Below, piece after piece: positions 24,820 through 31,933 of a DNA stretch of 31,933 nt. Position 1 is the first letter of the stretch, and each line of letters opens with the position of its first letter. The stretch is from IMG/VR virus record IMGVR_UViG_3300025276_000119, positions 1-31,933 of that record; one strand, given 5' to 3'. This DNA is from a virus (Duplodnaviria; Caudoviricetes). The notes under the pieces are model-generated. The model was not told the origin of the DNA. It made no database searches and worked only from the letters and a program-made list of their open reading frames with translations. Made by a program: the position numbers and the translations under genes.

Positions 24820-24822
24820 CTT

Positions 24823-25443
24823 TTACAGTTTACTTTTGAGCGTTAACTCGTTTGTTAATAAATTAATCATTGAAAGGTCTTCAACCTCTTCTTCTTTAAC
24901 TTCTTCGTTAGAACTATTAAATTCTTCTAAAGAACGTAAAGCGACATCAGTATCAGAATAAGCTCCAACACCAACTATAGAAACATCAAATAACCTTCCG
25001 ATTTTATTGATATTTCTCTTTGTTACATCACCGTCTTTACTCCAATCGTCATCCTCTACTGTAAAAGCAAAAGAAGATTCGTAAAGCAATCCCCTACGCA
25101 TAAGTTCAGCGACATCTCGCCCAACCGACGTGTTAGGTAATGTACCATCGTATCTTAAACCTAAATTATCTACGGACAATTTAAGCGTACCACCGTGATT
25201 TCTATCTAAGATAGAGTTCATATCGTGGTTAAATGTTAAAATTACATTATCATCTAATCTACCATCAAAAGCATTACGACCTATAGTTTCTCTAAACCCT
25301 AAATCTCTGCTCTCGTGATCAAATAAAGAAGCGTATCCGCTTACTTGAATTTCTTTTGAGTCTTCATTCATCCGAACCTCTATTGAAGCCTTAGAGTAAA
25401 CTCTAGTTTCTTTGTTATTCTTCTTCATTGTCTTCTTCTTCAA
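24823..25443 (-). CDS. HK97-family prohead protease
   Basis: GYASLFD..S.DLG.FRETI..AF, FNHD, SSFAF.V..D.W, LFDVSIV..AY; start may be the second Met. Confidence 0.92.
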   Translation of the reverse strand: MKKKTMKKNNKETRVYSKASIEVRMNEDSKEIQVSGYASLFDHESRDLGFRETIGRNAFDGRLDDNVILTFNHDMNSILDRNHGGTLKLSVDNLGLRYDGTLPNTSVGRDVAELMRRGLLYESSFAFTVEDDDWSKDGDVTKRNINKIGRLFDVSIVGVGAYSDTDVALRSLEEFNSSNEEVKEEEVEDLSMINLLTNELTLKSKL

Positions 25444-26695
25444 TATTGTTAATTTCTTCTCTTGATGTTCCTTCGCCTAAGTTATCTATTGGCAACATAT
25501 TAGATTGCATATAGAACAACTCAGAATTACCACCTACAGCGTTTAAGTCTTCATAAGACCTAACCTCATCAGGCGATAGTACACCGATGTTCACCAAAGT
25601 ACGGTAGTAATCTGCTCTCGACTTGGAATCACCTCTTAGAAGAGCGTTTACGTTAAACTTAAAATATTGCGTACTTTTTTTATTAAAAGGAATTAATTTA
25701 GAGTTTAACTCAGTTTCAATTCGTTTTAAGTAAGGTGTTATTGTGTGAACTACAAAGTCGATTTGTTGTGCTTCGACTGAATTGTAGCTAGTGTTTTGTA
25801 AATCGTTTATAAGGTGATTTGGTACTCTAAAGATTCGAGCAATATCACTTACTTGGAATTGTCTTGACTCTAAGAACTGTGCCTGGTTGTTAGGTAGCAT
25901 CTTAGGTACGAAATCCATACCCTCTTCGAGTATAGCTGTCTTACCTGTATTAGCTGATCCACCGTAATTGCTAGACCAAGACTCTCTAAGTCGTTTCGCA
26001 GTTTCGGGTTTAAGCACTCCAGGGTGTTTAAGTATACCACCTACAGAAGCTCCATTCTTAAAGAAAGAACCTGCGTGCTTGTTTAAAGCTAGTGAGATAC
26101 CTAAAGTTTCTGCTGCTGACTCGATAGGCGATTGACCCTCGATACCGTCAAGAGAAATACCCTTGCAATGTATCATATCTATCGAATTCACTCTACCTGT
26201 GTGTGGGTAGACAAATGTTGTGTTGTTTTGGTTTATTTCGTAATAAACACTTCTACCATCAGGCGACATATAGATGTCAACGTCAATGGCTTGTATAGGG
26301 TGAAGTCCAATAGGTAAACCTGCTCCGTTTCTCTCAATCCAAGCGTAGAAGTTTCCATCTAAGCTAAGGTCTACCAGCATTCGCTCATAGAACATAAAAG
26401 AGTTAAATAAATCAGAGGGTTGTTTACTTACTAAATCATTCAGGGGGGAATTTAATTTAGATTTTCTGTCCGTTTCAGGGTCAACTTGATATTGCGCTAT
26501 TGGTAAAGAAGCGATTGTTTCTGACAATACTCTAACGCAAGACCAAACCGCTGCGATTCGCATTGATTGTTCCTTTGAAACCAACTCTCCCGAAGCAGAG
26601 CCAAAAGCAGGACCTAGTATAGTTTGCCCATACAAATTTCTCTCCTCTTGCTCAGGAGCTTGCTTTCTTGTCGTAAAAATGTCGAATATACCCAA
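25415..26695 (-). CDS. HK97-family portal protein (TTG start)
   Basis: AVWSCV.VLSETIASLP, GNFYA.I.R, G.SPI, AQFLESRQF..IARIFRVP, LLRGD..SR. Confidence 0.95.
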   Translation of the reverse strand: MGIFDIFTTRKQAPEQEERNLYGQTILGPAFGSASGELVSKEQSMRIAAVWSCVRVLSETIASLPIAQYQVDPETDRKSKLNSPLNDLVSKQPSDLFNSFMFYERMLVDLSLDGNFYAWIERNGAGLPIGLHPIQAIDVDIYMSPDGRSVYYEINQNNTTFVYPHTGRVNSIDMIHCKGISLDGIEGQSPIESAAETLGISLALNKHAGSFFKNGASVGGILKHPGVLKPETAKRLRESWSSNYGGSANTGKTAILEEGMDFVPKMLPNNQAQFLESRQFQVSDIARIFRVPNHLINDLQNTSYNSVEAQQIDFVVHTITPYLKRIETELNSKLIPFNKKSTQYFKFNVNALLRGDSKSRADYYRTLVNIGVLSPDEVRSYEDLNAVGGNSELFYMQSNMLPIDNLGEGTSREEINNIEEEDNEEE

Positions 26696-26755
26696 ATTGG
26701 TTGTTTTTATGAAACGCCGTACAACTATAAATAGTAAAAACAGCGAAAATGTGAA

Positions 26756-27259
26756 CTAAATTTTTGAACTATTTTTAATTAATTTATAAGAAAGCCCTAT
26801 AAGTCTATGTATGTAGCTTGGACTATAACCCTTAATTAATGATATTTCTTGTATTTTTAGACCATATTCGAACCTTAAGTACATAACATCTCTCATTCCT
26901 TTGTGCTTTAAATTACTTAAATTATACCAAAGCAAGTCTGGCAATATATCGTAATTATCGCTTTTAAGGTGGTTTTTAGGCTCTCTAAGACGATAAGTGT
27001 TGTGAAAGGGACTCGATGTACTAATTACTTGATTGGTGACCACACGAGCCACGAAATACTCAAATTGGTTTGTTTCGTGCAAAGACTCAATCGTTTCATC
27101 CATTTGAGTCAGTAGAATTAGGTTTATATCTTGAATAAGGTCGTCTAAGAGGTGAATGTCGTTGTTGTTAGACAATACACTTGAGCAAATTGCTCTAATA
27201 CTTCCTTGATTGGAGGTGATTATTTCTTCTTTAGATAAAGAAAATCTCTTTGCTATCAT
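26756..27259 (-). CDS. Sigma-70/ECF-like transcription factor
   Basis: DDLIQD..L.L (region 2-like), RDVMYLRFEYGLKIQEIS..GYS...I (region 4 HTH-like); start uncertain (ATG 27259 or GTG 27271). Confidence 0.6.
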   Translation of the reverse strand: MIAKRFSLSKEEIITSNQGSIRAICSSVLSNNNDIHLLDDLIQDINLILLTQMDETIESLHETNQFEYFVARVVTNQVISTSSPFHNTYRLREPKNHLKSDNYDILPDLLWYNLSNLKHKGMRDVMYLRFEYGLKIQEISLIKGYSPSYIHRLIGLSYKLIKNSSKI

Positions 27260-28814
27260 ATCCTGTTCCACCTTGATTCTTGTTTTTCATCGACTCGCTT
27301 AATCCCATTAACACAGATACTATACCGTCAATTTTGTCGTTTGATTTTGCCTTATTAGGCTTTACGTTTCCTGCTGGATCTTCGGTTAACACTACGTTAG
27401 ACATCATCCATCTTAGCACAGGGTTTCCTGCGTGACGAATGTTTCCACTTAAAATTAGTGTTTCGAACTCTTTGGTAGCAGGTGACATAGTTCTGTAACC
27501 TTGACCTACAGGAATCATTGGGCATCCCTCTTCTGTAAGGTCGATTACGATTTGAGAAGCGTTCCATCTATCGTAGGCTATCATTTTAATATCGTATAAT
27601 TCGCTTAAATCACGAATCTTTTGCTTTATGTAGTTGTAATCGCAAACGTCACCAGGAGTAAAGATTACGTGACCTTGCCTGTGCCACTTAACGTAATCTA
27701 CTTTATCTCGTTCTGAGCGTTTGTAAGCGTTCTCTTCTGGTATAAAAAAGAACGGTAATATGTCGTAGCCATCGTTATCGTCAGGAAACAAAAGCGATAA
27801 ACAAGTAACATCTCGTGTAGAAGCTAAATCTAAACCTCCGTAACAAGCTCTTCCTTTAAGGTAAGCTTCATTTACAGGTACATCACCCTCCATCCACTTA
27901 TCGTCACTAATAAATTTAGTTTCGTTAGCAACCCATTGATTTAGGTGCAATCTACGGAAAGTGTTTTCGTATGAAGGTTCGTTTTTAGCTTTAACCGATT
28001 GTTGTTGCATATACTCTTCGGTGATGATAGTACCGAAGCCTGGGTTGGCTTTCTTTTGCACCTCAACGTCAAAGATGTCATCGTCTTTACCTGCCTCATA
28101 CACAACGCCTAAGAATGAGTCGTCTTCGATAGTACCCTCAATAAGTTTCTTCGCATAATCGTAAAGCTCCTTACAAATGTGGTCTTTTTGATGACCTGCA
28201 CCTGCTGTGGTAATACCAAGCATAAGAGGCTCTTTCCTTGCTCCCATAGAAGTAAGTAAAACATCATATAAATCTCTGTTTTTGTGAGAGTGTATCTCAT
28301 CAAGTAAACAACAAGAAAGGTTTAGTCCGTGCTTAGTATCTGCGTCTGCTGAGATTACTTTGTAGTACGATCCAACTTTATCGTAAGTAATTGAATCTCT
28401 GTAAGTACCTGCTCGTTTAAGTAACTCAGGATTTTGTAAAACCATTTGCTTTGCGATAGAGAACGATAATCTAGCTTGTTCTTTATCGGCTGCTGCGGAA
28501 ACAATCTCAGCTCCTTTCTCTCCATCTGAAAAAAGCATATAGAGAGCGATACCAACCATTAAATTAGTCTTACCATTCTTACGAGGTATAAACACAAAGC
28601 ATTGTCTAAATCGTCTTAATTTGGTCTTCTTAGATTTCCAACCGAATAGAGGGCGGATAATGTCATCCTTTTGCCACTCTTCAAGTATAAACTTCTGACC
28701 TGCTAAATCGCCTTTAACGTGTTGACAGAACATCTCGATAAAGTCTACAGCTCTCTTGGCTGACTTCTCATCGAAATACCATTTGGTTTCGTCAATGTGT
28801 TTAAGGTTATTCAT
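27231..28814 (-). CDS. terL: Terminase large subunit
   Basis: LEEWQ, Walker A PRKNGKT, LLDEIH, ITTAG, GGLDLA, YDRWNA, KIDG. Confidence 0.96.
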   Translation of the reverse strand: MNNLKHIDETKWYFDEKSAKRAVDFIEMFCQHVKGDLAGQKFILEEWQKDDIIRPLFGWKSKKTKLRRFRQCFVFIPRKNGKTNLMVGIALYMLFSDGEKGAEIVSAAADKEQARLSFSIAKQMVLQNPELLKRAGTYRDSITYDKVGSYYKVISADADTKHGLNLSCCLLDEIHSHKNRDLYDVLLTSMGARKEPLMLGITTAGAGHQKDHICKELYDYAKKLIEGTIEDDSFLGVVYEAGKDDDIFDVEVQKKANPGFGTIITEEYMQQQSVKAKNEPSYENTFRRLHLNQWVANETKFISDDKWMEGDVPVNEAYLKGRACYGGLDLASTRDVTCLSLLFPDDNDGYDILPFFFIPEENAYKRSERDKVDYVKWHRQGHVIFTPGDVCDYNYIKQKIRDLSELYDIKMIAYDRWNASQIVIDLTEEGCPMIPVGQGYRTMSPATKEFETLILSGNIRHAGNPVLRWMMSNVVLTEDPAGNVKPNKAKSNDKIDGIVSVLMGLSESMKNKNQGGTGYDSKEIFFI

Positions 28815-29048
28815 TATTTAATGCGTTCCATCAATTAATGATACACCGTGTTTAAATCCATCTATAAAATCTTGTGTAGTTGTTGCATCCTCAAAAGCCG
28901 TTTCATTAATTGTGTATTTACCCAACACAAATCCAACTTCATTACCTAAATCCCCAAAGTCACCACCTTTATATGTTATGTCTTGCAGTTTACGGATAAT
29001 GTCTGACTTCATTTCTTCAAAATCTTTCATATTTTTAAGGTTATTCAT
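28800..29048. repeat. 15-bp direct repeat TTTAAGGTTATTCAT at the starts of terL and the upstream ORF
   Basis: Copies at 28800-28814 and 29034-29048; both encode MNNLK. Confidence 0.85.
28818..29048 (-). CDS. Hypothetical protein inserted between terS and terL
   Basis: 76-aa ORF overlapping the terS stop. Confidence 0.75.
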   Translation of the reverse strand: MNNLKNMKDFEEMKSDIIRKLQDITYKGGDFGDLGNEVGFVLGKYTINETAFEDATTTQDFIDGFKHGVSLIDGTH

Positions 29049-29517
29049 CGTTATTAAAGAAGTTTTCTATTTTGATGTCGGGAGTTTGAGCTTGTTGCTC
29101 GATTGAATTTACCTTAGCCCGACTCGATGGAGTTAAACCAAATTCTTTAAGAAGTTGAAAGACTCTAACAAAAGATTGATTAGCAATCTGAACTTCTGGT
29201 CGAATAACAGTCTTAGCGTTACCCTCTCTAGTTACTTGAACATCTGTCGCACCTAAATCGTTTATGACTTGCTTGGCTGCCTTGTATTCGCTGTATGAGT
29301 CACAGAGCAATTCTAGTGCCAAAGCATCTGCGTTGGTAAGCACAGACATATCGTGAAGCACAACTCCTAGCTCTAAGAAAGTCTTTTGCCCATCCTCGCT
29401 TAACCAGGTTGGTGTAGGAGGTATAACCGAGGGAAGTTCAGGCTCGTTAGGATTTAACCTATCTTGTCTTAGAGTTCCACGTTGTTTTTTTATTTCTGTA
29501 GGTAATCGGTTTGGCAT
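29041..29517 (-). CDS. terS: Terminase small subunit, P27 family
   Basis: PTEIKK.RGT, P.P.WLS, D..AL..LC..YS, EFGLTPSSRAK. Confidence 0.93.
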   Translation of the reverse strand: MPNRLPTEIKKQRGTLRQDRLNPNEPELPSVIPPTPTWLSEDGQKTFLELGVVLHDMSVLTNADALALELLCDSYSEYKAAKQVINDLGATDVQVTREGNAKTVIRPEVQIANQSFVRVFQLLKEFGLTPSSRAKVNSIEQQAQTPDIKIENFFNNDE

Positions 29518-29524
29518 AACACTT

Positions 29525-29532
29525 CAAAGATA
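29525..29532 (-). promoter_or_regulatory. -7 promoter element TATCTTTG for terS
   Basis: TAnnTTTG ending 7 nt before the terS ATG, implying a nearly leaderless mRNA. Confidence 0.55.
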
Positions 29533-29544
29533 ACATTATTTCCT

Positions 29545-29640
29545 AAGAAAGAAAAAAGTAAAACAAAAAAGAAAGAACTATCCTTATCCTTATCCTTATC
29601 CTTGTCTATAGGGGTATCGTTGACCCCTAATTGACCCCTA
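29545..29640. repeat. Repeat cluster, candidate replication origin
   Basis: A-rich tract, (TATCCT)x4 at 29579-29602, TTGACCCCTA x2 (29620, 29631) and inverted TAGGGGT at 29609. Confidence 0.55.
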
Positions 29641-29741
29641 AAATGTTATTTATTGATAATGAGATGTTTAAGCCTTAATTCGTGTATTTTGGTCAAAATT
29701 TATATGGGGCTAAGAAATTTTACAAACAAATTAACATTTAC

Positions 29742-29772
29742 TTGTGGATTAACAAATGTTGATGTACATTTG
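29742..29772 (+). promoter_or_regulatory. Bacteroidota-type promoter (TTG, 20 nt, TACATTTG)
   Basis: Consensus and spacing, upstream of the leader agaaactaaaaac and ATG 29797. Confidence 0.75.
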
Positions 29773-29796
29773 CCTTAAGAAACTAAAAACAGAACT

Positions 29797-29964
29797 ATGA
29801 AATCAAAAGAAAAATACTTAACTTCGTTAGCAGATATTAAGGTTAAAATTGTAGACGAAAAAGGATTTGTTGTAGGAGATAATACAATGTTAGTTTTAGG
29901 ACTTCAATATGGTACTTTATACGATAAAAATGCTTACAAAGGTAAGCGTAAAGAAAAAGAGTAA
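29797..29964 (+). CDS. Small hypothetical protein (55 aa, not in ORF track)
   Basis: MKSKEKYLTSLADIKVKIVDEKGFVVGDNTMLVLGLQYGTLYDKNAYKGKRKEKE*; TAATG overlap with the next ORF. Confidence 0.7.
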   Translation: MKSKEKYLTSLADIKVKIVDEKGFVVGDNTMLVLGLQYGTLYDKNAYKGKRKEKE

Positions 29965-30152
29965 TGTGGTACAAAGGAACTTTAACTGATAAAAACACTA
30001 AAAGAAAGAATGGGCAACCAAACTCTATTAAATATAGAAGCCAGGATCTATCTAAAGTTTTTGATTTTCTTACTGCTTATATAAAAGATTGTAACTTAAC
30101 CGATGTCGGAATAAGAATAAAACACGAGCCATTAAACAAAAGAGATTTATAA
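29964..30152 (+). CDS. Hypothetical protein (62 aa)
   Basis: Translationally coupled ORF. Confidence 0.65.
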   Translation: MWYKGTLTDKNTKRKNGQPNSIKYRSQDLSKVFDFLTAYIKDCNLTDVGIRIKHEPLNKRDL

Positions 30153-30400
30153 GTGAGCAAGCCACTTGAACGCTGCACTAAACCACCCCAAGCTTTAATC
30201 CAAATACAGGATTAGGTGTATTAAATTTTTAGGGGTGGTACTTATACGAGAGCTTCCTGCGTGAGTGGAGCATATAGTGAAAAGTCCTGCTCGTAGGAAA
30301 TAGGCAGGCAAATACAGGCGAGATGTAAAGATCGATTTACTTTACTTTTGTTAATACCGAAAAGTAAGGTGTGTTTGAGAAAATTTCACACCTTACTCTA
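30151..30400 (+). ncRNA. Candidate structured RNA / leader
   Basis: At least six stems in ~250 nt of non-coding, locally GC-richer sequence. Confidence 0.45.
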
Positions 30401-30421
30401 GGTTTACTTAAGAAGACTCAG

Positions 30422-30628
30422 ATGACTACAAGACAACAGTATGTAAAAAGTAAATATCAATGCGTGGCTGGAGTTATGACTAAAGGCGTAATTAAATGGC
30501 GTGTAAATATGGCAGGAGTAGGACGTGTTAATTTAGATTCTGAAAGAGAATGCGCTATTGCTGTAGATAAAATTAAAATAAGTCAAGGTAAAAACCCTGT
30601 GAATATACTAAAGAGAGTTAAAGAATAA
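30422..30628 (+). CDS. Stand-alone AP2-like DNA-binding protein
   Basis: SKY..V, KWRV, SERECAIAVD pattern; start at ATG 30422 preferred to GTG 30371, which lies inside a hairpin. Confidence 0.55.
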   Translation: MTTRQQYVKSKYQCVAGVMTKGVIKWRVNMAGVGRVNLDSERECAIAVDKIKISQGKNPVNILKRVKE

Positions 30629-30666
30629 TATTGTAGTGGTCAACAAAGAACTTAAACAAGACTAAG

Positions 30667-30861
30667 ATGGATATTACATTAAAAATAACTAGAGGTAAAG
30701 ACCAAGAGCTTAATTTAACTGCAAAAACTATGAATGAATTGGTAGATAAAATCATAGAATGGCAATTATGGGAGAATCAATCTTTAGATTACTACAAAAA
30801 TAAAGGTAATGGTAGGTTAGAAAAGGAAAAAGAAAGTGGGTATTATTATTTTAAAGACTAA
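30667..30861 (+). CDS. Hypothetical protein (64 aa)
   Basis: ORF with A-rich leader. Confidence 0.65.
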   Translation: MDITLKITRGKDQELNLTAKTMNELVDKIIEWQLWENQSLDYYKNKGNGRLEKEKESGYYYFKD

Positions 30862-30864
30862 GAT

Positions 30865-31089
30865 ATGAATGAACGAGTCATTGACTACTACCTAGAGATA
30901 GGTTGGTGGATTCAAGTAAGTCCTTTGGCTAACGCAGGTTCAGGTTGGATTTGTGGTGTTTACAAGCGAGGTGCTAAAACAGGTAACTGGAGTACACAAT
31001 ACTCTAAGCACTTTAAAACTCCTAGCGAGGCTTACTCCTGGGGAGATATAATAATCGATGCAGAAATTAACAAAGAAAAAACATTATGA
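30865..31089 (+). CDS. Hypothetical protein (74 aa, Trp-rich)
   Basis: Tightly packed ORF. Confidence 0.7.
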   Translation: MNERVIDYYLEIGWWIQVSPLANAGSGWICGVYKRGAKTGNWSTQYSKHFKTPSEAYSWGDIIIDAEINKEKTL

Positions 31090-31169
31090 TACAGAACGTA
31101 ATAATTTTAATCGTGACTATATTGTCCGTTATTTTAGTAGTAGAACCATTTATTAATAAAGATAAATGA
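31086..31169 (+). CDS. Single-TM micropeptide (27 aa)
   Basis: MIQNVIILIVTILSVILVVEPFINKDK*; ATGA overlap. Confidence 0.5.
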   Translation: MIQNVIILIVTILSVILVVEPFINKDK

Positions 31170-31205
31170 TACAAACTTTTTCATTAATCATTAAAGCAAT
31201 TAAAG

Positions 31206-31352
31206 ATGGTTGGAATAATCACAAAAGCTCTAAGAGCATCAATCAAGAGAGGTATGACCTTAAAGGTTACACAGAGATACCTAAGGATGAAATACAAAAT
31301 TGCTGTAAGTTTAGTTGTTCTGACTAACAGATTAAAGAACCTAAAAAAATAA
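31206..31352 (+). CDS. Small basic protein (48 aa, not in ORF track)
   Basis: MVGIITKALRASIKRGMTLKVTQRYLRMKYKIAVSLVVLTNRLKNLKK*; stop 3 nt before the next ATG. Confidence 0.6.
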   Translation: MVGIITKALRASIKRGMTLKVTQRYLRMKYKIAVSLVVLTNRLKNLKK

Positions 31353-31355
31353 ACT

Positions 31356-31553
31356 ATGGCTAAGTTTAAATGTAACAAGTGTAACTCCACTATAAAGGAG
31401 ATTAAGAAACACACAATGAAAATAGTTGATGGAGAAGTAGTTTGTCCCGAAGCTGTTTGTTGTGACGAGTTTATGGAGTCAGTTAGAGAAGAGGGGAATG
31501 GATTTGGTGGTATTATTAAACGACCAGGCGGAACAGTAGCAAAGAAGTTTTAA
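31356..31553 (+). CDS. Small zinc-ribbon protein
   Basis: FKCNKC..CCDEFM. Confidence 0.65.
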   Translation: MAKFKCNKCNSTIKEIKKHTMKIVDGEVVCPEAVCCDEFMESVREEGNGFGGIIKRPGGTVAKKF

Positions 31554-31555
31554 GT

Positions 31556-31816
31556 ATGTTGTATTTATTTAGTTACGAAGATTCAGAGTTAGACGATAAG
31601 GATTTAATAGTTTACTTTACTGTAAGAGGTTTTGATGAAGTTAGAGATTTCACCATTAAAAACTTTGTACCAAAAGATTATGCTCTTGGTTACAATGGAG
31701 ATAATCAAGAAGAAATTTACGATTACTACCCACAAGACTGGTTTGAAGAAACTGTGACAAAGGAAGATTTGAAACAGATCGTTAAAGATTACGAAAATAA
31801 GATAAAACTAAATTGA
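31556..31816 (+). CDS. Hypothetical acidic protein (86 aa)
   Basis: Last ORF of the rightward arm. Confidence 0.7.
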   Translation: MLYLFSYEDSELDDKDLIVYFTVRGFDEVRDFTIKNFVPKDYALGYNGDNQEEIYDYYPQDWFEETVTKEDLKQIVKDYENKIKLN

Positions 31817-31933
31817 GTTTAATAGCTTGCTTGTGCTTAATTTGGGGGTGCATTTTAGGGTTTGTTTTTTCAAACATCGACTCAGACTAGGGTGGGGGGG
31901 AACCCCAACAACCCCTTTGGTATAGGCAGGACG

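Noticed and set aside
29579-29640. CRISPR array or DKDKD-coding gene
   Set aside because: Repeats are too short and have no spacers; the reading frame has an upstream stop and no ATG
30241-30320. Hammerhead, HDV/theta ribozyme or SAM riboswitch
   Set aside because: Only partial resemblance (CTGCGTGA..GAAA; CTTATACGAGAG); the required core nucleotides and stems could not be assembled
31166-31327. 53-aa ORF MIQTFSL..
   Set aside because: Largely overlaps the better-placed 31206..31352 ORF in another frame; not called as a feature
1377-31414. Antisense or nested ORFs in the track (e.g. 1377, 2880, 5183, 11012, 17881, 19117, 27961, 31184)
   Set aside because: Shadow frames of well-supported genes, with no recognisable motifs
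1-31933. Stop-codon reassignment, integrase/att site, tRNA genes, reverse transcriptase/DGR
   Set aside because: Genes are intact in the standard code with TAA, TAG and TGA all used as stops; no such genes or template/variable repeat pair were recognised
1-31933. Apparent scarcity of CCGG and GGCC sites
   Set aside because: Impression only; needs k-mer counting against a Markov expectation before it can be claimed

Overview
The window looks like a near-complete or complete ~32 kb AT-rich siphovirus genome with HK97-type head genes. The host is most likely a Bacteroidota/Flavobacteriia bacterium, judging from TAnnTTTG promoters, A-rich leaders without Shine-Dalgarno sites, and DUF3127- and DUF5675-like genes. 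Layout: (i) leftward small early genes including a GP88-like protein (485-1858); (ii) a rightward recombination, replication and DNA-modification block (2253-9675); (iii) a long leftward late block running terS, terL, a sigma-like factor, portal, protease, capsid, neck, two tail-tube paralogues, chaperones with a -1 frameshift, tape measure, tail, head-spike/LamG, lysis, HNH and endonuclease I (29517 down to 9693); (iv) rightward small genes (29797-31816). No integrase, DNA polymerase, tRNA or CRISPR array was seen. The most interesting signal is non-coding. A candidate ~80-nt small RNA at 9206-9284, with its own promoter element and terminator, is complementary to a shared AACTAAAAA leader motif of at least seven early/replication genes, and in several cases to their start codons. 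A second hairpin loop is antisense to the start of the large tail gene. Together these suggest phage-encoded antisense control of translation initiation. All family assignments are from motif recognition by eye, not database searches.
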